Assembly (NCBI GenBank): GCA_015069185.1
Contig: SVJB01000004.1
Span: 58,853 to 122,852 of the forward strand
From: Oscillospiraceae bacterium
GTDB taxonomy: Bacteria > Bacillota > Clostridia > UBA1212 > UBA1255
Direction: 5' to 3'
Length of the DNA stretch: 64,000 nucleotides
In this document: positions 49,101 through 57,874 of the stretch, piece after piece
Layout of the letters: every line of letters starts with the position of its first letter
Numbering within the stretch: position 1 is the stretch's first letter
Position numbers and translations under genes: made by a program
Notes under the pieces: generated by a model
Databases searched by the model: none
What the model saw: the letters and a program-made list of their open reading frames with translations, nothing else
What the model was told of the DNA's origin: nothing

Positions 49101-49383
49101 GGAGCTTCCTTATACACCTGAAGAGTTAGAAGTCATTAAGGAGCAATGGAAGTGGCTTAAAGAAACTCCTCAAACACTTGGTGACTACTATACATCAAGA
49201 TATCTTCTCACAGCGCTTAACCAGACTGTTTTACAAGGCCAGAGTGCGAGAGTTGCGTTAGAGGATGCTATTCGTGTAATTAATAAAGAAATGAAACGTA
49301 AGCAAGAAGAATATTGGGATGAAATAGCTGATGGTCCGGACCCGAGTATTGGTTCATGTCTCCACAGCCTTAAAGAGAATTAA
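46186..49383 (+). CDS. Membrane-anchored multidomain protein: N-terminal TM helix, two beta-sandwich (CBM-like) repeats, C-terminal family-1 extracellular solute-binding domain
   Basis: MNKKKKKIVKFSVVAALFVILITVLIIN is an uncleaved anchor. Repeated segments TITFQVTVPESALYSLRLDYY...GTHTVTMTF and TQWTFEVPETGWYELGFRF...GKHTITITN occur. Residues ~640-1065 resemble MalE-like sugar SBPs. Confidence 0.6.
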   Translation: MNKKKKKIVKFSVVAALFVILITVLIINSVTKEPGAQQFDYENYDEMEFNPFVTNEDRLDNSLLDYGKVLSKYAKKGYKYYAGDDISLEFSADKSGNLTIFESGNPDSAVVVDGSDAEGALQLFSKVDMFADGFKYTDPSTDKEVIVTDIKDGLYASTGKTTITFQVTVPESALYSLRLDYYLLSGKYADMLVSFTIDEKYPFADASNMYLKRTYTFYDTEYLDNKDIVGNQIRGKTMILYAQRSTIMTNPDGMYIDPYRFYMTAGTHTVTMTFDREPGVINGISFVAPPVIADYEDYKAANGFSNDKIYKGNAIKTELEVPDFVTSIGTRMETDGDYFTSSVVDEKPYKVTLYNIFGGDNWNAGGDITQWTFEVPETGWYELGFRFRSQLTYVACYREIKIDGEIPFEEMKEYCFPYSNGWIATSICDKNQNPYYFYLEAGKHTITITNKIGPMRHSVLALEESMDSISTLINKIVKITASTRSSAGGYVVDANRDWDLQKYIPTIQKDMTTYKELFIKAYKEVLKLNGNKVPSYASAIQVAYELFEKFEKDLETIPTSLNDINNTISGLSTTLSSIKDQPMAMDYMLLCKEGYDYPDTVSSGWQSFKVGVVRFFLSFDKDRYANYGLREAASEDDTTITVYVSRSREYVQVLENMIGEEFTSKYGIKVNVNMVNGGSEGLIMKRYVAGTAPDVAISFGAGTPFEFAIKGALTPLDTFESGEYNGQEYLGFHELKEASYYDEVFVPFNFKDHYYAFPETQGWSAMFYRTDIFEELGLTPPDTWEDIYDILPVLTNAGYDFCYDFGAGNYTPFLFQHGGEYYDYHGMESALTTQAAYDAFIEYTDLYIQYNFVYASNFYMRFKSGEMPIGLSGLGFYSQLNYAAPELDGKWAMLPLPGHARVDENGEVYVDRSTSAGGASCVIMSSSKHKEESWIFLQWWLSDDVQAEYGREIEALFGVAGRWDTANKNAVEELPYTPEELEVIKEQWKWLKETPQTLGDYYTSRYLLTALNQTVLQGQSARVALEDAIRVINKEMKRKQEEYWDEIADGPDPSIGSCLHSLKEN

Positions 49384-49395
49384 GAGGTGAGATGA

Positions 49396-50370
49396 GTGGC
49401 AAAAAAGAAAGATTCAGAGAAAAACGAATCAACCGTACCCGCAGTGCAGAAACCGAAGAAAAGATTCTTTAATGTTGAGAAGCGTTTTGGTTATACATTG
49501 CATGAGATGTGGCGCTATAAGATGTCTTATGGCTTGGTTGCACCATTCTTTATATGTTTTATTGTATTTTCACTTATACCACTTGTGTGGTCTACAGTGT
49601 TGAGTTTTACATATTGGAACATACTTGAAGATCCGGTGTGGATTGGATTGGATAATTACCAGTACTTATTTGTAGATGACCCGCTGTTTTTAAAAGCCTT
49701 TAGTAATACTCTTTATTATGCAGTAATCGTTGGTCCTTGTGCGTACATTGCATCATACTTCTTTGCCTGGATCATTAACCAGGTACCGGATAAGTTTAGA
49801 CCTATATACGTACTTGCTTTCTATGCGCCGTCTTTGACAAGTGGCGTTGCTATGGCTGTTGTTTGGAATGTTATGTTCTCAAATGATAGTACAGGATATT
49901 TGAATTCATTGCTTTTAAGATTGGGCTTCATATATGAACCGATTCAGTGGACTCAAGATGTTGACCTTATTATGCCTGTAACAATTATTGTTGCATTATG
50001 GTCGTCATTAGGTACCGGATTCTTGTCTTTCGTTGCTGGTTTCAGAGGTGTTGACAAAGAATTATATGATGCTGCTGCTGTTGACGGTGTTACATCAAGA
50101 TTCCAAAGACTTATATATGTTGATATACCACAGACAATGCCTCAGTTACTGTTTGCTGCAGTATTACAAATTACAGGAGCTTTTTCTGTTGGTGGTACAA
50201 TGGCAGGTCACCCATCTCCGGAGGATGCAGGTTTGACCATCATGTTGCACTTGGGAGACTATTCTGGTACGAGATTTGAAGTAGGTTATGCATCTGCTAT
50301 TGCGGTAGTATTATCGGTATTGATTTTAGGTCTTGGACGTATGGCGTTCAAAATATTACAGGATAAGTAA
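49396..50370 (+). CDS. Carbohydrate ABC transporter permease (MalF/UgpA-like)
   Basis: A six-TM permease with the EAA-loop region (GVDKELYDAAAVDG). Confidence 0.85.
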   Translation: MAKKKDSEKNESTVPAVQKPKKRFFNVEKRFGYTLHEMWRYKMSYGLVAPFFICFIVFSLIPLVWSTVLSFTYWNILEDPVWIGLDNYQYLFVDDPLFLKAFSNTLYYAVIVGPCAYIASYFFAWIINQVPDKFRPIYVLAFYAPSLTSGVAMAVVWNVMFSNDSTGYLNSLLLRLGFIYEPIQWTQDVDLIMPVTIIVALWSSLGTGFLSFVAGFRGVDKELYDAAAVDGVTSRFQRLIYVDIPQTMPQLLFAAVLQITGAFSVGGTMAGHPSPEDAGLTIMLHLGDYSGTRFEVGYASAIAVVLSVLILGLGRMAFKILQDK

Positions 50371-50381
50371 GGAGGGAAAAT

Positions 50382-51251
50382 ATGTTACAAGTTGACGTTG
50401 ATTATTTAAAAAAAGCAAAAAAACGTAGAGACTATTCTGGAATTGTAATTATAGTTTTCTTAACATTAGCCGGCATTGTTTCATTCCTTCCTTTGATATA
50501 TATGGTAAGTACGGCGTTTAAGCCACCGGAGGAAATGTTCTTATATCCGCCTACATTTTTTGTTAGGAATCCTACCTTGCAGAACTTTTCGGATCTTACC
50601 ACTGTAACTTCAAACAGCCTTGTTCCATTTTCAAGATATTTGTTTAACACTATTGTTATTACAATTGCGTACTTGTTCTGTTTGATATGGGTAGATACAA
50701 TGGCTTGTTATCCATTGTCAAAACATAAGTTCCCTGGTCATAAGGTACTGTTTAAGACAGTTACAACAGCGTTAATGTTTGTAACAGCTGCGGCAGGTAT
50801 TCCTTCATACTTGATCATTACAAATCTTCATTTGGATAATACATGGTTAGTTTACATTATTCCGGGATTAGCATCTACTACTATCTTGTTCCTCATGAAA
50901 CAGTTCATGGATCAGGTACCAAATGATATATTTGAAGCAGGTAAGATTGATGGTGCCAGCGAATGGAAATTATATACTAAAATAGCACTTCCTCTGTTGA
51001 AAAACGCACAAGCTACTGCCGTAATTCTCTCGTTTGGTGGTATTTGGGGAGATTCAGCTACCTCTAATACATATATATACGAAGAACAGATGAGAACGCT
51101 TGCTTTCTTCATGGGAACAATCGGTGGCAATATTGCCAGAACTGGTGCTACTGCGGTTTCTTCATTAATTATGACTTTACCAAGTATTATAATATTCGTA
51201 ATACAACAAAGTCGAGTTATGGATACCATGGCTCACTCAGGAATTAAATAA
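50382..51251 (+). CDS. Carbohydrate ABC transporter permease (MalG/UgpE-like)
   Basis: A six-TM permease with an EAA-like loop (IFEAGKIDGASEW). Confidence 0.85.
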   Translation: MLQVDVDYLKKAKKRRDYSGIVIIVFLTLAGIVSFLPLIYMVSTAFKPPEEMFLYPPTFFVRNPTLQNFSDLTTVTSNSLVPFSRYLFNTIVITIAYLFCLIWVDTMACYPLSKHKFPGHKVLFKTVTTALMFVTAAAGIPSYLIITNLHLDNTWLVYIIPGLASTTILFLMKQFMDQVPNDIFEAGKIDGASEWKLYTKIALPLLKNAQATAVILSFGGIWGDSATSNTYIYEEQMRTLAFFMGTIGGNIARTGATAVSSLIMTLPSIIIFVIQQSRVMDTMAHSGIK

Positions 51252-51265
51252 GGAGGTTACAGGAT

Positions 51266-53395
51266 ATGAAAATGAAAAAATATATTTGTTTACTTCTGTT
51301 ATTTGTTCTTGTATTTTCATGTACTTTCACGGTTAATGCAGAGACTCCATATTCAAATTACTATTTGAATATGAAAAACGGAAGTCTTGATATGCCGCTA
51401 CCGATACCTGCTGCCTATGAAGTATACACGATAATTGATAATCCTACTACAGAAACCGGAAAGCTTAAGAATCCACAGGACATATTTATTGATGATGATG
51501 ACAATATATATGTAGTTGATACGGGCAATAATAGAATTGTAAAATATGATTCAGACTATAATTATGTATTAGAGATTTCCGGAACAGGTACATATCCAGA
51601 AGATATGTCTGCTCTTAAAAATCCAAAATGTGTATATGTGGATTCTAAATCAGGTACAATTCTAGTTGCTGATTCAGGAAATTCAAGAATTGTTGAATAT
51701 ACTAAATATGGCAACTTACTTTATTCCTTTGAAACACCTAATAGCGAATTGTTGTCTGAGGATTTCGTATATCAGCCAATGAAGGTTACCAAAGATACAC
51801 GTGGTTATATCTATGTATGTAACAATGGTGATTATAATGGTATTATGCAGCTGAGTGCAGACGGAGAATTCAGAAGCTACTACGGTACAAATAAAGTTAA
51901 TCTTTCTTTTTGGGAATCTTTAGCTAAAGTCCTTTGGGATAGAGAAGATAGAAAAGGTTCTGTTGTTACTTTGCCGTATACATTTACTAATATATTTGCT
52001 TCTGATGATGGATATATGTATGCCACAACAACAACGGCTACACCTCCTCAAGTCAGAAAGATTAATATTGCCGGATCTGATGTATTATATGGATCATTTA
52101 ACTTTGTTGATCAGAGCGTAATGTCTAACATGAAAGGTGGTACACAGACATTCATTGATGTAACTGTTGATAGTAATAACAATATGTTTATTCTTGACCA
52201 ACGTTATTGTCGTGTTTACTCATATGATAAGTGGGGAAATAACATTTGTGTATTTGGTAGTGATGGATTAGGTCGTGGACAAATAAGAGTACCTGTAAGT
52301 ATTGAAGTTGATAGTCGCGGTCGTGTATATGTACTTGATGATGCAACATCTACCATTATTGTATATGAGCCTACAGATTTCATCAAGACAGTACATAAAG
52401 CTAATAATATGTTTATTAACGGTCAATATGAGGAATCATTACCAATTTGGGAAGAAATTCTTGAAAAAGACAGTTACTATACACTTGCTCTTATTAACAA
52501 GGGTAAGATTGAGATGAGAAAAGCTCTTACTGATAGTTCAAAAGAATATGAAAGCTATAAAACAGCAATGGATTATTTCGTAGAGGCTGAGGATGCAGCT
52601 AATGCGTCCACTGCATATGTTGAGATTCGAACATATTTTATAAGAGAAAACTTTTCCATTATTGTAATAGTTATTGTTGCTCTATTATTGTTATTGATCG
52701 GATATAAAGCTTTCAAGCGATATAGAAGAAAAAAATATGGTGTGACTCCGGAAAAGAAAAATGTATTTACAGCAATTAAGAATTTCTTTGGTAGAGTGTA
52801 TGGTGTGATTCGTCATCCTGTTGACGGATTCGAAGGCATAAGATATGAAAACAAAGGTTCTTACAGTGATATGTTTCTTGTAATGATTTTGTACACGATT
52901 GTTGCAGTTGCATCTGAATATGTAACAAGCTTTATTTTCAGAGATGGTCAGGCTTTAGATCTGATTAATCCGATGCAAATAGTTTTGACTTCGTTATTGC
53001 CTTGGTTTGTTATGTGTGTAGTAAATTACGGCGTAACGACTATCATGTATGGCGAAGGAAGATTAAGAGACGTATTCATTGCCGGCGCATATTGTCATGC
53101 TCCGTGGATGTTTGCAATGTTACCGATTCACGCTTTGACACAAATACTTACTTTAGAAGAAGCAAGTCTTTGGAATTTATGTAACACCATTCTTATGATT
53201 CTGGTTATATTCCTTGTTTACTTTGCGATTAAGGGTATTCATGGATTCCATCCTGTAAAAGCTTTTGTTGTATTGTTTATTACTGTTGTAGGCGTGGCAG
53301 CTGTCGCAATGCTGTTCATGTTAGTATATGGACTTACTTCACAGCTATTTACATTCATTTCACAAATAGTAAAGGAGTTGGGTTACCTTGTTTAA
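51266..53395 (+). CDS. Secreted NHL-repeat beta-propeller protein fused to a C-terminal polytopic Yip1-like membrane domain
   Basis: A signal peptide is followed by repeated NHL-like units (IYVVDTGNNRIVKYD, ILVADSGNSRIVEY, VYVLDDATSTIIVYE). The last ~250 aa form a ~5-TM domain resembling bacterial Yip1-family proteins. Confidence 0.55.
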   Translation: MKMKKYICLLLLFVLVFSCTFTVNAETPYSNYYLNMKNGSLDMPLPIPAAYEVYTIIDNPTTETGKLKNPQDIFIDDDDNIYVVDTGNNRIVKYDSDYNYVLEISGTGTYPEDMSALKNPKCVYVDSKSGTILVADSGNSRIVEYTKYGNLLYSFETPNSELLSEDFVYQPMKVTKDTRGYIYVCNNGDYNGIMQLSADGEFRSYYGTNKVNLSFWESLAKVLWDREDRKGSVVTLPYTFTNIFASDDGYMYATTTTATPPQVRKINIAGSDVLYGSFNFVDQSVMSNMKGGTQTFIDVTVDSNNNMFILDQRYCRVYSYDKWGNNICVFGSDGLGRGQIRVPVSIEVDSRGRVYVLDDATSTIIVYEPTDFIKTVHKANNMFINGQYEESLPIWEEILEKDSYYTLALINKGKIEMRKALTDSSKEYESYKTAMDYFVEAEDAANASTAYVEIRTYFIRENFSIIVIVIVALLLLLIGYKAFKRYRRKKYGVTPEKKNVFTAIKNFFGRVYGVIRHPVDGFEGIRYENKGSYSDMFLVMILYTIVAVASEYVTSFIFRDGQALDLINPMQIVLTSLLPWFVMCVVNYGVTTIMYGEGRLRDVFIAGAYCHAPWMFAMLPIHALTQILTLEEASLWNLCNTILMILVIFLVYFAIKGIHGFHPVKAFVVLFITVVGVAAVAMLFMLVYGLTSQLFTFISQIVKELGYLV

Positions 53396-55940
53396 GAAAA
53401 AGAAGAACAATGTTGAAGTAGAAGAACGCAAGACTTCTTTATATATTGACGAAGCAGAAGCAGCGGCATATGCTGCTAAAATGGCTAAGAAGAAATTCTA
53501 CTTAAAGATAACAAAGGTTGTTGTTTCACTTGTTGTTGTTATTGTTGCAGCCTTTTTGATTATTAAAGTAGGTTTTGCCGAATCAAATAATATTTCATTT
53601 AGTGATGAAGGTCTTGTAAGTGACGTACAAGTATCTGAACCTTTAAAAGATAAAGGTATAAATGGACAAATGTTAGGCGATGAAGGATTGACTCTTATTG
53701 CTGAAAATGAATATCTGGAGATGAGTTATTCACCTAAAGATGATTTGTTTATTTTCAAGCACAAAGCTACCGGTGAAGTGTTCAGAAGTTATCCTGAACC
53801 ATTACAGGCGACAGAAGAAGAACCTGAAAAATCAGATATAGACATATTTAAGAAAGGCACAGCAACGGGTAACATTATTACTTCTCCTGTGTTTATCGGA
53901 TATACAAAAATGTCTGGTCGTGATACTGGTTTATTTGTTGGCGTAAATACTCAAGAGCATGTTAAAAATGTATACTACATCAAAGATGGTATAAGATTAA
54001 CATATGAAATGACTGAATTAGAGTTAGAATTCTCAGTAGAAATTACTCTCAATGGTAGTGAGGTCAGATACTTTGTACCGATTAATGGTGTGATTGAGCG
54101 TCCTTATCTTGCTGATGTTTCAGTTGAAGAAAGACCATTGCTTTCATCAATAGCGATATTACCGTATTTATTTGCTCATAGAAACGGAGAAGCAGGTTAT
54201 TTTGTTGTTCCGGACGGCTCTGGTGCAATTACTGACTTCGATGCTACAAGAGTTAATAATGCAAGTGAGTATGCAAAGAGAATTTATGGATGGGACTATA
54301 CAATAGATTCTGTAACAGATGCAGAATCTCAGCCAAGATATAATAATCACACTGTTTTGATGGGTGCATATGGTATTATAGAAAATCTTAATGATAGTGC
54401 TACCAGTGTTAATAAATACGCAAATTCGATGATTACAGGATTTGTTGAGCAAGGTGATGCGAACGCTTATTTAAGAATTTCTAACCCCGGTGTAAGAAAC
54501 GTACCATTTTACGCTGTGTATATTCAATATACTTATCGTGAGTATTTCAACAGACAAGTATCAAAATCAGGAACTTCTTATTCAGATATTACCAAGACTA
54601 TGCAACTTGGTGATATAGAGCAGATTATTACTTTTGATTTGTCAACTGAAAAAGAATATGATTATAACGATCTTGCTAAAACTGTAAAGGGTAAGCTTAT
54701 TAATCAATGGAAAAACAGATATGGTATTGATGTTACATTAGGCGGTATAAAAGATGTGGACGTATTGAATTTACGTACATTTATGGGTGCTGAGAATGTA
54801 ACAGGTGGCATAGCAAACCAGCTTAAAGTTATGACTACATTTAAGGATGCTCAGAATATTTATAACGATCTGAAATCAAAAGGAATGTCAGATATAACAA
54901 TGACTATGGTTGGTTGGCAGAACAATGGATATTATTGGAATGCTACATCAAAACTAAAGCCAGATAGCGCATATGAAGATGAACTTGATATGGAAGAGTT
55001 TAATGATTGGGCGGAAGATAATGGCATAAAGGTTCATTACGACAATAATTTACTTGTCTTGTTTGGTTCTCCGTCAGGTTCTGCAACATTAAGAAATTCT
55101 GTTGTTAAAATCCCCAGTACATTCTATTTAAGATACAAACTTAAGACTGTATCAGGTGCTTATTACTATGGCGGTAATGGATATTTGTTGAGTCCTTTGT
55201 ATTATGAGAGCAAAATTCTTTCTAAAAACATAGAAAAGTTGGAAGAGTATAATGTATCTGGTGTTGTATTGCAACAGGTAGGCGATACTTTGTATTCGGA
55301 CTATAATCAGTTCAATGCTTTATTCAGAATCCAGATGATGAATTCATATGCAAAATGGTTAAGAGAATATAATGAATCTTTTGAAGATGTAGTAGTTTAT
55401 ACAGGTAATGCTTATTCAATTCCTTTTGCTACATCTGTTTTGGATATATCATTAACAAAATCATCTCATGTTGTATTGGATGAAGAGATTCCTTTTGTAC
55501 AGCTTGTTTATCATGGAATGATTCCATACTATTCCAAAGCTATTAATAATTGTGATGTTGAGTATTATTCATTACTCAAATCAGTAGAATATGGTGCATT
55601 AGGATCTTTAGAAATAACAAATAAAGAATCCTCATTGTTGAAATGGACATATTATGATACTCTTTATAAATCTAAATATGAATTATTGAGAGATCTTGGT
55701 ACTATCGAAATGGTATATAATGCAATCAATGAGGCTGTTGCTCCGTTTGTTAACGAAACAATAGAAAATCACTATAAGGTTGATAAAAATGTAGAAGTAT
55801 TTTGTACAGAATACTCAGATGGATCTCGCGTTTATGTATGTTATGAGAATAATGCTGTAGAGGTAGTTGACCAGAATACAAATGAAACAATTTCATTTGA
55901 AGGTCAGGGCTACATCGTTAAAAGCGCGAAAGGGGAGTAA
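53388..55940 (+). CDS. Membrane-anchored 850-aa extracellular protein of unknown function (possibly DUF5696-like; candidate cryptic TIM-barrel glycosidase)
   Basis: An N-terminal anchor (KITKVVVSLVVVIVAAFLIIKV). The internal pattern of beta-strands each ending in an acidic or amide residue (ITMTMVGWQNNGYY, IKVHYDNNLL, VSGVVLQQVGD) resembles a (beta/alpha)8 glycosidase. I recognise no family with certainty. Confidence 0.4.
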   Translation: MFKKKKNNVEVEERKTSLYIDEAEAAAYAAKMAKKKFYLKITKVVVSLVVVIVAAFLIIKVGFAESNNISFSDEGLVSDVQVSEPLKDKGINGQMLGDEGLTLIAENEYLEMSYSPKDDLFIFKHKATGEVFRSYPEPLQATEEEPEKSDIDIFKKGTATGNIITSPVFIGYTKMSGRDTGLFVGVNTQEHVKNVYYIKDGIRLTYEMTELELEFSVEITLNGSEVRYFVPINGVIERPYLADVSVEERPLLSSIAILPYLFAHRNGEAGYFVVPDGSGAITDFDATRVNNASEYAKRIYGWDYTIDSVTDAESQPRYNNHTVLMGAYGIIENLNDSATSVNKYANSMITGFVEQGDANAYLRISNPGVRNVPFYAVYIQYTYREYFNRQVSKSGTSYSDITKTMQLGDIEQIITFDLSTEKEYDYNDLAKTVKGKLINQWKNRYGIDVTLGGIKDVDVLNLRTFMGAENVTGGIANQLKVMTTFKDAQNIYNDLKSKGMSDITMTMVGWQNNGYYWNATSKLKPDSAYEDELDMEEFNDWAEDNGIKVHYDNNLLVLFGSPSGSATLRNSVVKIPSTFYLRYKLKTVSGAYYYGGNGYLLSPLYYESKILSKNIEKLEEYNVSGVVLQQVGDTLYSDYNQFNALFRIQMMNSYAKWLREYNESFEDVVVYTGNAYSIPFATSVLDISLTKSSHVVLDEEIPFVQLVYHGMIPYYSKAINNCDVEYYSLLKSVEYGALGSLEITNKESSLLKWTYYDTLYKSKYELLRDLGTIEMVYNAINEAVAPFVNETIENHYKVDKNVEVFCTEYSDGSRVYVCYENNAVEVVDQNTNETISFEGQGYIVKSAKGE

Positions 55941-55943
55941 TTT

Positions 55944-56831
55944 ATGGAAGATAAAAAAACTAAAAATAAAAAAGTTTTAACTAAAAAGCAATTGGCACAT
56001 AGAAGAGTTAAAACTACCTTCCTTTCTTTCGAAAGAAGACGAAATTTAGAAGGTATAATATTCTCTGTACCGTGGCTGGTTGGTCTTGTTTGGTTCTTAT
56101 TTATTCCGCTTTTTATGTCGGTAAAAATGAGTTTTTATCAGGTAAATGGTCAGGACTTGCTATGTAATTCAGGTTTAAGTACTTGGGTTGGCTTTGAAAA
56201 CTATATTAGTGTTATACAAGATCCTAACTCTGGCCAGGTTGTTTTAAACTCGTTTTTAAATGCACTATATCAAGTTCCTGTTATTGTAGGATTTGCGTTG
56301 TTTGTTGCGGTTTTATTAAAACAAAAGTTTCCCGGAAGAGTATACTTCAGAGTGTTTTTCTTTATTCCGGTTATATTGTCGGGAGTTATAATGTCTTACT
56401 TATTTCAAGATGATGTTGGTAGCATTAGTGTTTTCAATTCTATTGTTGCCGGTAATCAGTTCTTTGGATTCTTTGGTGAGATTATGGCAGAAATCGGACA
56501 TATAATGTGGAGAAGTAGTGTAGAAATTCTTATTTTCCTTGCTGCACTTCAAAGTGTACCTGATATTTTATATGAAGTAGTTGATCTTGATGGTGCTACT
56601 GCTTGGGAATCTTTTTGGCACATTACACTTCCATATGTATCTCCGTTTGTCATTCTGAACTGTATATATGCGTTGGTTGACTCATTTGTTGACTCTACCA
56701 ACCCTGTTATGAACTTACTTAACGGAATGACTGCATACGGCGAGCGTGCTGCCTTGAGCTGGTTATACATGTTAATGACCTTGCTTGTTATACTTGTATT
56801 TATTCTCTTCACAAGGAGGTGGCTGAAATGA
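55944..56831 (+). CDS. Carbohydrate ABC transporter permease (MalF-like)
   Basis: A six-TM permease with an EAA-type loop (DLDGATAWESFWHITLPY). Confidence 0.85.
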   Translation: MEDKKTKNKKVLTKKQLAHRRVKTTFLSFERRRNLEGIIFSVPWLVGLVWFLFIPLFMSVKMSFYQVNGQDLLCNSGLSTWVGFENYISVIQDPNSGQVVLNSFLNALYQVPVIVGFALFVAVLLKQKFPGRVYFRVFFFIPVILSGVIMSYLFQDDVGSISVFNSIVAGNQFFGFFGEIMAEIGHIMWRSSVEILIFLAALQSVPDILYEVVDLDGATAWESFWHITLPYVSPFVILNCIYALVDSFVDSTNPVMNLLNGMTAYGERAALSWLYMLMTLLVILVFILFTRRWLK

Positions 56832-57853
56832 AGAAATTAATTAACAATATTAAAGAATTCATTCTTGGTTTGATAAAGAGATATGAGAATCTTGGATATA
56901 AAGTTAAAAAGAAAATTAAATTCATTATTGGTCGAATATTTTTGTATTATGTATTAATTGAACTTGCATATTTATTTATTTTGCCGTTTATTTACATTTT
57001 TACAACCGCTTTGATGTCATCTCAGGATTATATGGATCCTACTGTGCAATATATTCCTACACACATCAACTGGGAAAACTTCTCAAAAGCATGGATGGGA
57101 TTAGATATAGTTGCTGTTAATCCGTCTTTGGATCCTGATGTAACACCTGCTTTGGGAGATTATTATTCTACCTTATTGAATACAGTTATTCTTTCCTTAG
57201 GTAGTGCAATATTACAATCAATTTCATGTGCGCTTGTTGGATACTCACTGGGACGTTTTAGATTCAAAGGCAGAATGTTAATTATGTTGTTTGTTATTAT
57301 CATATTATTGATACCGCCACAAACACTTATTACATCATCCTTCTTTATGTGGTCGCAATTAAGGATGGCAGAAGGTTTTTATGCAATATTAATTCCTACA
57401 ATTTTTGGCCACGGATTAAGAGGCGCGTTATTTATTTTGATTTATATGTACTTCTTCCAAAGAATTCCGGATGTTATGGATGATGCTGCCCGTATTGATG
57501 GAGCAGGTCCTGTAAGAGTATTTGCACAAATTATGTTCCCTCTGGTAAAATCTGCTTTTACTATAGTATTTATTTTCTCTTTTGTATGGCATTGGAATGA
57601 CAATCAAGAGACTATAACATATACATATTTGCCACAACATAATACACTGCAAGAAGCACTTAGTAAAATTTTAACCAACTATCTTTCAGAACTAGGCTTT
57701 TCAGGCGGCGCTGTAAGTGAAGCAATGAAGGCTACTGCTGAACCGGTGTTGTTTGCAGGTTGTCTGATGGTTATGTTGCCTGTATTGCTGGTTTATTTGT
57801 TAGGTCAAAAGAAGTTGGTTGCCGGCATTGAGCGTATCGGTGTCATTGAATAA
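56819..57853 (+). CDS. Carbohydrate ABC transporter permease (MalG-like)
   Basis: A six-TM permease with an EAA loop (MDDAARIDGAGPVRVFAQIMFPL). Confidence 0.85.
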   Translation: MAEMKKLINNIKEFILGLIKRYENLGYKVKKKIKFIIGRIFLYYVLIELAYLFILPFIYIFTTALMSSQDYMDPTVQYIPTHINWENFSKAWMGLDIVAVNPSLDPDVTPALGDYYSTLLNTVILSLGSAILQSISCALVGYSLGRFRFKGRMLIMLFVIIILLIPPQTLITSSFFMWSQLRMAEGFYAILIPTIFGHGLRGALFILIYMYFFQRIPDVMDDAARIDGAGPVRVFAQIMFPLVKSAFTIVFIFSFVWHWNDNQETITYTYLPQHNTLQEALSKILTNYLSELGFSGGAVSEAMKATAEPVLFAGCLMVMLPVLLVYLLGQKKLVAGIERIGVIE

Positions 57854-57874
57854 GATTGTTGGAGGTATTATATT

